A stretch of DNA of 64,000 nucleotides from Orbicella franksi (Eukaryota). The position numbers were made by a program, and so were the translations under genes. This document shows positions 1 to 11,155 of this stretch, piece after piece; positions within the stretch are counted from its first letter, which is position 1; each line of letters starts with the position of its first letter. The stretch spans positions 2,418,001-2,482,000 of the forward strand of contig OZ116707.1 of NCBI GenBank assembly GCA_964199315.1, in the 5' to 3' direction. The notes beneath the pieces are model-generated. The model saw only the letters and a program-made list of their open reading frames with translations, searched no databases and was not told where the DNA came from.

Positions 1-686
1 TATAATAAACCGAGGCAAGACTTTGACTTATAAAAAAGGCTTGGCTTGGCTATTATAACAAAGGATCGGCTCTGTTTATCATAACAAAGGCCCGGCTTCG
101 TTTATTTGAGGGACTCGGCGGGAAAAGGGCGTCAGGTATTTTAATCAAAGGTTAACTTTGTCGAAAACGCTCCAAATTTCGCATGCAGTTTCGTTCAGGT
201 ATGATAAGCAATGTCCCGTAGTTTTCGCGCTAAAGTTCGCTTCCTTCTCGAGATATTGCGTATGCAATAAACCACTCGGTTTTTCCAACCTGTGTGCCTT
301 TTTTGCATACATTATTTCTCGAGAACGAAAAGCAACCCAGTGAAAAAAACTTCAGAGCAATGTTTCTCAGGTGAAACGAAGCCCACATGCCAAAATTCAG
401 CTAGTTTTACGCACTTTCAAAAATGGCCGAAAAATCTACAGGACGTTCTTGCACGCGGCCTTTCAAATGATGACAGGCCTGCACATTCTTGGAAACCGGT
501 TGCTCTGCATGTCTACTAATGTATGTTCTCAAAACAAGCAGCAATGAAATGCGCATTTCATTGTATGTGACCCAAGGCCGTTGGCTGGGCATGGGATAAC
601 AACCAACTCCCTTTTGACCAATTACCAGTTCGAGGTGTGATGAACATGATGAAATAAAATAGCTCAATTCAACTTAACCCAGTAAG

Positions 687-1368
687 ATGGCCTCTGAGAA
701 AACCACTCCTAAGATACGTACATGTTCAGGTACAGTAAGCAAACGCTCCACAATATCTATGCTCAATGCATTTGCTGCACTTTACGAATTTGTCAAAAAT
801 CAGCACATTGAGGCTCACCACACATTACATCAAGGTTCTAATGGTAAGTCTTAAGGAGAGTGATCAGGAAACAAGTCCCCGTAACTTTGACCCAGCTTTA
901 TGTGGGGAAGGAAACACTGAAAACATTGTAAGTTTAATCACAGGTCATTGATTAATTATGAACGTTTGTGAAACTTGACATCTACCGCATCACATACTAC
1001 CTTTGTAACATTTAGTCTTTTTTTATATTTCATCAGCCATCAGATTCAGCACGAAAGCTGAGACAACAAAGTAACTGGAATATAGTTAAAAATACAGTGG
1101 AGCCCTGCCATATACCCAACAGAAGTCCAGTTATTTTCTTATTTTTCAACGTTGCTAATTCAAACACTCTGTCATTACGACCGAATACTTTAATAGTGGC
1201 AATTACATGGCAACAAGGAGGAAAGTTATAAAATACAGGGTCTGTCACATGGTGAAGGCATTTGGCCCTTCCTCTGAATAATACAGAGTCTGCCATCAGG
1301 CATAGCAAAGAGAGGAACATCTAATTACACACCCAACATTACAATAGTTTTCTTGGTATATGATGGCC
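687..1368 (+). pseudogene. Degenerate class A bHLH gene fragment (twist/paraxis/atonal-like), copy A of a ~680-bp duplicated segment
   Basis: ATG at 687 reads MASEK...KRSTISMLNAFAAL (helix 1). After a frameshift that removes the loop it reads NLSKISTLRLTTHYIKVLMVSL (helix 2, cf. the KLSKIxTLRLAxxYI consensus). A GTAAGT donor follows at about 928. The segment aligns with 27656-28754 on the minus strand. Confidence 0.6.
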
Positions 1369-1410
1369 TTGAGTCAAATGCGAGAGCACGGGCAAAAGGT
1401 GCAAGTTAAT

Positions 1411-1499
1411 GGAAAACTACTAGGAAGAATAGCTTTTCTAAGTCTAAGTATAGTCTAGGAAAACTACCAGGAAGAATAGCTGTTCTAAGTCTAAGTATA
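1411..1499. repeat. Two-copy 47-bp tandem duplication
   Basis: ggaaaactac(t/c)aggaagaatagct(t/g)ttctaagtctaagtata starts at 1411 and again at 1458. Confidence 0.85.
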
Positions 1500-1548
1500 C
1501 AGTGGTCCATTAGCGACAACTTAAAAGACACAAAATAACAAAAAATAT

Positions 1549-1820
1549 CACTGCAAACTAAATCAAAGATACTGCGAATGAAGTCAAACCAGCACTGCCA
1601 ATGAAAGATCAAATGCACTCCTATAATTAACGCATGCACACTGCCAAAAAATTAAACGCACACTGCAAATGAAAGTGGATTGCAGACTGCAAATGAAAGC
1701 AAAATCAATCCCCAAATAAAGTAAAAAAAAAATCTCAGAGCAAAAAAACTGAACGCACACTGCAAATGAAAGCAAAATGATCACTGCAAACAAAAGTTAA
1801 CCGCACGCCACAAATGAAAG
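1549..1820 (+). repeat. Subterminal array of about 9 degenerate (c/t)ACTGC(a/g)AATGAAAG motifs, probable transposase-binding sites
   Basis: Copies near 1549, 1570, 1593, 1638, 1660, 1685, 1758, 1782 and 1806, directly upstream of the transposase ATG at 1920. Confidence 0.75.
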
Positions 1821-1919
1821 GGAAATAAACTATGTGCATGCATTTCAACGAGAAGGCCTGAGACCTAGTAGTAAGCTCTAAGATTCGCACCCTTTTTTCG
1901 AAGATAGAGTTTAATAAAT

Positions 1920-2137
1920 ATGGCGTCCAGCGGAAACTCGAGCAGCTCCAGCAAAGACGAATCAGCTGAAACAACTCGACACGGCGATTTACCTTGTGGG
2001 TCAGAAAGAGATGTTATTACGCATTACTTTTACAGAGGTCTTACGTATAGGCATATTACTCTGATGTTGGAGAAGCAACATAATATTACAAGGAATCAGC
2101 GAACTCTTAAGCGAAGGTTGAAAGACTAAGGACTTAA
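1920..2137 (+). pseudogene. 5' part (HTH region) of IS3EU-like transposase no.1
   Basis: VITHYFYRGLTYRHITLMLEKQHNITRNQRTLKRRLKD*GL. Removing the Kolobok insertion joins it to KRRE/VDEELKECVRNLILQEI at 8302, with one frameshift. Confidence 0.75.
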
Positions 2138-3135
2138 ACGTGGGGAGTCACTGTAAGGAAATCTTCCTTAGGAAGATTTTCATTAGTTGACTATTAAGCT
2201 AGAAACATGGTGGACCAGATTTTGAATTATTCCGCGCGTCGCAAGAACAAATTGGGATAGGACGATATATTGTACTTGACTATTGGTCAAAATAAAGAAT
2301 ACATTTAAAAAAACTGTTTCTATTGGTCTTTGATGAAGTAATGGCTAACCAAAGGCAAAAGATTGGGTGTAGCACACTTGTTTTCGTAGCGAGCATCGTG
2401 TTCGTCGATCAGTGAATTTATATTTTTCCTCAAGTCTTCCCTGCATATCTTCACCGACTGAAAATGATCTGTGTTCAAGTAAGTACAACTGCTGCTTGTT
2501 GTTTCTTAACTTGCTGTCAGTCGTCTAGGTTAAACTGTGGTACCTGCAATGCAAGGTTTTGGTCGAAGTACCCGAGAACGAAGTGGGGAGAGTGGAAGCC
2601 GTAATGTCGGCGCAATTACCACAAGAATGGCGATATGTTAGCCACAGACGCGTTTCGCGACCGTCGCATTCAAGTGAGTACTGCTGTATATTAAATTATT
2701 GTCATTGTAAATTTATAGCAACTCTTATTTACTGTACAGTATGCCCTCAGAAATGTTGTTTTGTAAATAAGCTGAACTATATTTTCCAGGGTTTCGTTAT
2801 TGACATTATGCAAGTGTTGTTCCAGAAAGTTCGTGCATTCAATCGAACAAATTTACTTGTAAAACTTGAATACACATAATAGTGCAATAGTGAGTTATGT
2901 AGTACCGTAACTAGGTAGAGCGAAAAAAACTCGTTTAGTGAGAGATATATATTTCTAGACTGGAACTATAACACTGTTACAATTGAGCATTTTGGCTATA
3001 AACAGTAGTCTTATGGGATAGGATAATGGACTGATTTCCTGATGTTATTTATGTATGTTTTCAAAGTTGTTTCAAACATGTAAAAAAGTGCTCGATTTTA
3101 TTTTTCTTGAAATGATCTTGACTCTCTTGATTAGG

Positions 3136-3580
3136 AACTGTGCCTGCAAGACAAGATGAAAGCATGGGTTTACCTGGACACCCAGTACAAGAAACACTAG
3201 CTCCTCCAATTGCATCAGGAGCAGCTGGCCATGGGGATACATGGGCTGACAGTGTGCTGGGTGGTTTAGAAGACCATCCACCTTGTCAACATTGCCTAAT
3301 GGGGCCCTGTATCACTGCCAGTGAGGTGACTAGGATACAGGGATCCTGTGCTCCTGACATAACAAATCATGTCAAGCGTCTAAAAAATTATAGAAAGTTT
3401 TGGAAAAGTTTGAACGATAGGGGTTTGTGGCAACACGAGTTATATATCCATCGAAAGACCTCAGCTGGCCTCAGTGAAGTCGAACTGTGAGAGTTAATGC
3501 CCCAGTGTGTCCTGGAAGACACACGAAAGCAGTATCCAAACCCACCAGGTGTGCCATATATGGGGCATAAAAGGGCATAA
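3136..3580 (+). pseudogene. Kolobok accessory gene (KolX / P2X7 C-terminal-like Cys-rich protein), last exon
   Basis: CQHCLMGPC...NYRKFWKSLNDRGLW...L*ELMPQCVLEDTRKQYPNPPGVPYMGH*. One in-frame TGA at 3488-3490 and a ttag acceptor at about 3135. An upstream exon probably lies near 2600-2675. Confidence 0.65.
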
Positions 3581-4529
3581 GAGGTGAACCAGTCGGTTTC
3601 TGAAGGGAAGGAAGTGATTCTCTCAGTTGTTTTTCTTTTAGCTGTGTTGATAAAAGAATTTACTTTATTTGGTTTGCTTAAAGTCTAAGTTTCGATTGAG
3701 TCAGTCTTTCACATTCATAATTAATCACCCCTTTAATCCCCTCAGAAAGAAGTTGGTTTACCTCTTATTTATCTTGTATAATATACCAAGGCTCAGTGTA
3801 TCAAACTATGGTTTAGAAAGCAGGTGAGAACCAACCCAGGTAACAATATTTTGACTTTTATTCTCATGATTTATTTTATTTTTCAATTTGTGTATATCAG
3901 TTCAAACTCAATACAAACCTGTCTTGATATCTGGGCTCTGGAACACAAATCCCTATCCTTCGGACTACTGAAAAGTCTCCTCTACTGCAGTTCTGATCTC
4001 ATGTTACCATGGCAAGCCACAAGCAAAAGAATAACTTTGGATGCTCATGACGTTGATGCATTGTTATATTTCTGGTCTTTTGATACCTTTAATTTGGTGG
4101 GTTTGGAAAGTTTCTTATCTGTATAGAATTGTTGACACCAGTCTTTCATATATCTTTTTGTGTAGCTAACCAGTACATTTCAATTGTGAGTGGCATTTGT
4201 GGAAAAAAGATACATTCAATCCAGGCTCACTTGAAGTTTGCTCCACTAACATCAATGTTTATTTGCTGTTCCCTACAACATGCAAATAAGGGGCTCTACA
4301 GCAGTATAGAGCCAAATACTGAAATTTTTAGTGAACACCAAGTGTTGCAAAGCCACAATACAAAAGTCAATAAACAGGATAAATCATGGCACTCAAATAG
4401 TATTAGGTTCAAGTTCAAAGAGTTCAGTTTTAGGGGCAGACTGTTGGTGATGACTTTTATTAAATTTGTTGGCTCCGAAAGGAGCCGTTGGTTTTGTGAT
4501 CTACCCTGATCCACCAAAGGGATTCACTC

Positions 4530-7500
4530 AGTAGTTCAACTGGAAAAAGGTGGCCCAGACAGCCTCCCTGATGAAGGTTTTTGGACGGAGATTTCTGTGG
4601 CCTGTTCTGCGGGTTGGCCAGCGCACATCTTGAAACAAACTCACTGATGTCGCTTCTCTGTCGACGTTTTCATTCTGCAATGACATATCCACATCAGTAT
4701 ATAAGGGAAAAAGACCATAAAGTTTACATTAAATTAACTGACATTTGCATATGGTAATCCTGTCAGAGAGGGAAAATACTGTCTTTTGCTTACCCAGTCC
4801 ATTACTGCTAGTACAATGTGCATGTTAAAAGTACGGTCAGCAAAGTGAATTCTCTTTGGGCAGTAGATAAGGATGCAATTATTAAATGATTCCACCCAGT
4901 AGGTTTCGCAGCACTACAATTTGAAAAATATAATAATCATATAAACAGTTGCTTCTGGGTTATTGATATCCATTAATGTTATTTCCCCTAAATAATGAGA
5001 AGTTTCTTTGAAGTGAGGTGATGGTGAACAAACCAAGAATAATACCCACTGAATGCTAATTTACCAAGTAGTAGTCCTCAGCCAGCTTGTACACCTTAGA
5101 GTCCAAAATGAATCTCCGTAGGGTGGCTACTGCTCCTTGATTAGAGATTTTCACTTTGCTGCACTGGTACCCAGGTTGCTTACATTTAGATTCTGGATCA
5201 CAGCCACCATGATTGCCCTGCAATTGTGAAAGGTTTATGGTTCAGTTTTCCACATTTAAATTTTATATCAGCATTAACTAGTAGTTAGGTTGAAAATTTA
5301 GATATTTCATAGCCATCCTTATTTACACTCAAGTTAATAGCAATCATTGAACCTCAGTCATATTGAGATGACTGGTTTAATACCTGATAGTTATCAACTA
5401 TTGTCAGCAGCCTCCCCCTTAGGTCATCTGCACTGGTACAGTTTTTCATTGAATAATAGAAGTGGCGTTTAACACTGGCCTCTGCAAATTGAAATGGTAT
5501 TAATTTGACAAAAAATAAGTTTATACTGCTGCAGAGCAACTGTGCCTAAGAGAATAAATGAAAATCACTGGCATAGAACCTGCCTTGTATAATTTTTTCT
5601 CTAACAGACAGCTGGATTAATTTTCCAGAAAGGAATAATGGATTACACGTATACATATGCTTGTCTTGCCTTTGCCACTCCCTTAGTTCCTATGAGGCAA
5701 CAACAAAAGTAGAGAAAATAATTTTTTGCTGGTAGAGAGTACAGATTATCGGTGTTTAAAATAAGTACATGCCATCATACAGTGACATTATTTAGGTGAT
5801 TCCTTACCATGCCCAGTATCAAAAGAATTCTGGATGTTCTGTGTCGCCAGCCAATTCTTTATTTTTGGTACAAAATCATGTGCCACCTCTATCACAGTGA
5901 GTCCTAAAAGATGTAAAATTAATAACATAATTTACAACTGGGAGAATTGTTAACCTAGAGAACATCTGGATCCATATAACTGGTACAGTTGAATAACCTT
6001 TTGCTTGAATGGCAGGGATAATTTTCTGCATTGCCTCGAACTCATGTGTTTGGAAGCTGCGGAACTCTGCTTTGGTAACAGTCTGGACAGCTACCACATG
6101 TTGGGTCCTGTCCCAAAAAAAGGAAAAACAAAACATGCTAAGATTTATACATAAAAACAATGCCAAAAAGTGTTAGTGATATGTCTGGAAAATTTGATCT
6201 GCCTGCACTTACTCATAAGATATCATTGCCATTGTTGAATGGTAGGCATTAGCTGTCGAGTCATGTCGGCAGTCAGTTATGACAGTCTATTGAATAAGCA
6301 AACACCAAAGATATCATTACTTGCAATAATTATTGTAGTAAAAGTGTCTGCATATGGACGTATACAATTGCAAGTACATAATTATAATGAATCAGTTATA
6401 TTGTTCTATTTGCTACACAGAATTACCACTCCATTCCTTTGCTGATATGAATTGGTGTTCTCGACTTCTCGTATCCTATCCAACGTCGATGCATTAGCAG
6501 TATTGTTCACAGTCTGTGTATAGCCCATGGTGTCATACACTACAAAATAAACATTCCATGATTTTGTCAGAGGCAAAGAAAGGTGACAAAAAAGACAGAG
6601 GAAAAAATGTCTAAGTGCCACATCTGAGCAAAGATAATTCACTAAGAAATAATTATAGTTAACTCTGGAAACGTAAAACATGGGGGTATGGTAGATCTCC
6701 TGCCTTGAATGTGCATGCATTTTGGAAGGTTCAATTCAACATAGATAAAGGGGCACTCATTTACAAAGGTGTGATATGTTTTGCTCTAGATAATATGAAG
6801 CAAGCAAGAATGAACTGCTACTTCATGAGCTCACCATAATCGATATACTTATCACCAACACTGCCAAGCCTTGCAGCCTCTGCGAAGCCTTGATACTGGC
6901 TTTCCAGCATGCCAGAGCTTGTAAAACCATGAACCACTCTAGAATATGGGGATGGAAAAATGGCAACAATACAGTATACATACGTGCACCACCTGATGCA
7001 CAGAAGACATTTTGTCAGGTTTATGTGTAGTTTTGTGACTCACAGGTGTAAAACAAACACCATGCCTGATGATAAATGCATATCTGACCAAAAACAATGG
7101 CTACCTCAAGAAGGGAATAATAATTACTAAATCTAAATATTGTACGATACGTAACTATTGAAAGACTACGACTGAAGCATTAAAATATGATTTGTCTTAC
7201 CTGCAGTTAGCAGTGTACTTGTTGCCAAGTATAGACGAGCTGGCCCACTTCACCTTGTGCCCGTTCTTACAACGCAACTCCACCCTCAAGACATGACCAT
7301 CCATATTTATACTTGCACTGCCATCACACACGTATTGCGATCCACAGGTACATCCTGCAGCAGTTTCCTGGAGCAACAGAGTGAGGCTATCCTGCCCACA
7401 GATAAAAAACTTTCTGCCTCGCGAGCTGGAGACAGAATCTGCTTATAAAGAGGTGCTTCCCCACACGGCCACTGGCACTGGAAGTCGATTGTTTTCACTT

Positions 7501-7832
7501 CTCGTTGAGTATAAAGCTCAAAAACAGACTGTAGAATTTGCCTGCACTTCAACCGAGTGCATTTCCTTTGCAGTTTCCCCCGTTAATCCCTCATACCGAT
7601 CCATAAGAGCTATCAGGAAATCAGCATTTGTCTGCCCAGATCGCAAATTCGCCATATTGCGTAGCTGCACGAATCTTTCATTTGTGGCTCTCATCTCGTC
7701 CTCTTCGCAGATCCGGAACTGAAAATTTAAACTAAATTGAGGCTTTCGAGGTTTTTCCTTTTGTTTCTCATTATATACTTTCTGCTGATCACACTTGGCT
7801 TTCTTCGCACAAGGCTCACCAAAACCCAACAT
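4530..7832 (-). pseudogene. Kolobok transposase, multi-exon and disrupted
   Basis: Exons read ...LRVELRCKNGHKVKWASSS..., VVAVQTV...THEFEA, HFYYSMKNC...LRGRLLTIVDNYQ, ETYWVESFNNCILIYCPKRIHF...LAVMDW and NENVDR...KTF. These follow the Kolobok pattern (NHLxW, LESFHxxxxxYxPKR, LAxLDxN). Several GT-AG introns and stops. Confidence 0.75.
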
Positions 7833-8301
7833 CTTCTTAGATCGCGAACGGTTTTGTTTACAAGCAAAATCCCTCCAAATTTATTCAAACTTTCCGGGAA
7901 TTTTGCGCCACTAAAAGTACCAATCACAGAGCTTCTTATATCTATAAAATACTAAACTATCCAATAGTAAGAAGCAAAAGAACATAGCAAGTTTGTACAA
8001 AGGAAAAGCCTGGGAACTGAAGAGGGGATTTTCAAACAAATGGCACGCAATCAAAGGTAATCTTCTTGAAGTCTTATGGTCAAATACGCCAAATGTTCTG
8101 TATGTAAACCATGAATAAAAGACAACCACTCAGTTTTGAAGTTAGCTTTTATTATTAATGGATAAATATCATATTTGGCGAAGGATATGAGCAAAGTTGA
8201 TTCTCGCCTTCCAACGGCACAGCGGCCGCCATATTAGAAATTTCTTATCTAAATTTAATTGGTCCGGGGGAGCCCTATTAATACCAAGCCCCCGCATTTA
8301 A

Positions 8302-9330
8302 GAGACGTGAAAAGTAGACGAGGAGCTCAAGGAATGCGTCCGGAATCTCATTTTACAAGAAATATGCACTGGTCCTGATAGCCTTAATGGCTACAGGACT
8401 ATGTGGCATGTCTTGCATCTCAAACACCGGATTAATGTTCCTCGGCAATTAGTCGAGTCATTATTAAGGGAGGTCAATCCTAGGGAAGTGGAACACAGGA
8501 GCCGTTGCCTTCAGCGCAGGATGTATGTGTCACCTGGATCCAACTTCTGCTGGCACATGGACGAGCATGATAAACTAAAGCCGGTTGGCTTTTCCATTCA
8601 CGGCTGTGTCAACGGCTTTAGCCAAAGAATTATTTGGCTCGAGGTCCAACGATCGAACAAAAATCCAAAGTGTTTAGCAAGCTATTTCATCAAGCATGTG
8701 AAAGCAGCACACGGATGCCCAATACGCGTCTATACTGACCCCAACACTGAAAACGGTCTGGTTGCTGGAATACAGTGCTATTTGAGGGCTCAAGGATTGG
8801 ATGAATATGCAGGATCCAAGTCTCACAAGTATGTATCGAGCACTAGGAATCAGCATATTGAATGTCAATGGTCACATTACAGGAAACAACATTCAAGTTG
8901 GTGGATCGACTTCTTTCAAGACCTTCATGAATCAGATATTCTCAATCTGACCAGTGACTTGCATAAAGAGGCTACTTGGTTTTGTTTTGCTGATCTGCTC
9001 CAGACTGATCTGGATAAGGTAAAGGAATATTGCAACAGTGACCAGATCAGGAAGTCAAAGCATGCCACTGTTTCCGGTGTTCCCGACATGATGTGCTTCC
9101 TGCCCGAGGATTTTGGACACAGCGACTGCTAAGTTCTAGTATCCCCACCAAGATTACAGAAATGGAAAATAGGTTTGAAGGATTCGATAATGAAGATGAT
9201 GAAACCAACCCAGTTTTCTGCGAGTATTTTCAATACGTCATGGAAAAAAATAGCTTATCCCACTCCACAAGCATTCTGGAAGCAGGAATTCTTTTTGAGA
9301 AGCTAATCAAGTTCGCAACAGGTGAACCCT
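8302..9330 (+). pseudogene. Catalytic part of IS3EU-like transposase no.1 (integrase-core type DDE)
   Basis: GYRTMW...RRMYVSPGSNFCWHMDEHDKLKPVGFSIHGCVNGFSQRIIWL...VYTDPNTEN...STRNQHIECQW. There is a frameshift near 9130. Confidence 0.9.
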
Positions 9331-9934
9331 AAATTTCTCATGTTCTGTGACCAGGGAAAACACTTTGCTAAGGACTCCTTTGAGAGAGGAAGGAGGCAAG
9401 AACATAATAGTTTGTGCACTGCTACCAGCCAAATAACATATTGTGGGGTACCAGAAAATATTCCTACTCACCTTAAGGCCTTGGAAAGCCATAGGGGAGG
9501 GGACTTTCCAAATCCAAAATCTTCAAAGAAAAAAGTTTGAACCAAAACTGGAATATCTGGAAGGCTGGGGTCAAACCAACAATAAACCTCTGCGGGAGGA
9601 GTATGGATATTATCTGGAACAACACAATCATTTCTCACCATAAAATGGTGAGGGGCATCCTCTTCAATGGGATATGGGTACCGTTTCACCTTCCTAGTGT
9701 AATGCAAACAAATTTGCATGTTCATTTACTATGTTTCATTCCTGCATCTATGTCTGAGATACACTGAGAATTTTGAACAACCCATCTTCAATGACAAATG
9801 CATGTAATCCAAACAACAGGCTGCTTGCAAGTTACAGAATTTTAACAAATTTGTTGACACCATATTACTAATTAACACTTGAACATTCTGTCGGAAATGG
9901 CTTTGGCCAACACTTGGAGACAATAAAAGGTCAT

Positions 9935-11155
9935 CTAAACTCTGCCAAAGGTCTTTTCGTGTGTTATTGTAGTGTCCATATTAAATTTAAAATCACTGTA
10001 CGTGGTCATGTGAGCCACCGGTAACTGTACCCAAAGGGTGCAAGTAGAAACTGTTGGGAAACAAATTTGGTGGTTAGTGCTGCAATGAATGAATTTTACT
10101 GTTATGCCAAAACTGTTCTTCTCTGAGGGTAAAATTGGCCTTGTGGTTTTCCCAGTAAGAAAGTGGAAAATATCTTTAACACTCACAGGGCTGTTGGTAG
10201 ACTCATTGTCCCCTGTACAATAAGACAAAATATAAAAAGCTATCAGTACTAGTTTATACTAACAATTAGCCACAAATCTATCAGTACTGGTTTATGATAG
10301 GTCTCTTTTCACTCTTTAGATTATGAGTGAAACACAAAATGAGATATACTAACTCCGGGAGAGGGACGTTACCCCCTATAAAAATTGCAGGTGTGGTTGT
10401 TGAAAATTTTAAAAACACCCCTAAAACAACAAAAACAACAACAGCAACTTCATTTCACCTCAGAGGTACCAGACTCTCATTTAGTAGGTGTTGCCTCCTA
10501 AGAGGCACAAATTAAAAAAAACACTGGCATTACTGTTTAAAAGGGAATAATTCAGAAACAAAAGCTATTTGCAAGACAAAAAACCTTTACAGTTACTTTC
10601 ATTTTTTACATCCATAAACTTAAAGGCTCCTAAAAGGTACCAGGACAGCTCTAGCAGCAGTCATTTCGGGTTAAAGAACCCTCAGTGGTAACAATCTGCA
10701 AATGGTACACATGAGATCCCTGGCCTTTTTTGGGGGAGTATTAGCTGTTAGCTCTTGGAGAATGATGGCCATGTCCTGGCAGCATATCCCCATATATGGT
10801 ATTTTCTTTAAAAAAAAAATCGCTAACATTTATTATTTTCTCCAAAAGTAAACTTTTATAGGAAACCCTGACTCACTTTGGCATCCTAAAGATTTGGAGA
10901 TAGTCTAAGCACCACTCTTGGAAGAATTGCTGTTCAGATTAAAATTGCTATTAAGGAATATACACTCATTTTGAAATTGCAATTTTTGCATTAACTGGCC
11001 GATTTGAGATAATAAGTTACTCACAACTGTCTTCTGTTTCTTCAACATATTGATTGAAATGAGCCATTACAGCTGTTTCTTGTACTTTCTTTGTGGACCC
11101 TGATTGCGAGTATTCAGCATTTAATGCATTCATCAAGTATGTAGATGTGACCTGC
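9935..11155 (-). pseudogene. HECT-like E3 ligase C-lobe (last two exons of the IS3EU no.1 second gene)
   Basis: Exon at about 11012-11155 reads LMNALNAEYSQSGSTKKVQETAVMAHFNQYVEE and ends at a GTGAGT donor. The last exon, about 10213-9935, reads VKDIFHFLTG...FPTVSTCTLWVQLP...FGRV* and keeps the catalytic Cys motif. Confidence 0.7.
10335..10800. mobile_element. Non-autonomous MITE-like repeat in the HECT intron
   Basis: CCGGGAGAGGG start and recurring (a)gaggtacca / aaaggtacca motifs, resembling a common anthozoan CCCGGGGGG-ended MITE type. The boundaries are approximate. Confidence 0.45.

Larger units (their letters stand above)
2138..8297 (-). mobile_element. Kolobok DNA transposon (6160 bp), full length but degenerate
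   Basis: TTAA at 2134-2137 and 8298-8301, with the interrupted IS3EU reading frame rejoining across it. Short TIRs are ACGTGGGG and (reverse complement) ATGCGGGG. It holds a minus-strand DDE transposase and a convergent KolX-like gene. Confidence 0.85.
1498..11155 (+). mobile_element. IS3EU-like DNA transposon no.1 (degenerate; interrupted by a Kolobok element, a MITE and a BEL fragment; right end not found)
   Basis: Subterminal repeat array at 1549-1820, integrase-type transposase on + (1920-2137 joined to 8302-9330) and a convergent HECT-like gene on -. The layout matches the complete element at 56978-62716. The left terminus is tentative: TACAGTGG at 1498 could be a CpG-decayed TACGG. Confidence 0.65.

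Noticed and set aside
407-667. Possible L1/Tx1 zinc-finger remnant or small gene
   Set aside because: There are only scattered Cys/His residues across frames, too degenerate to support a call.
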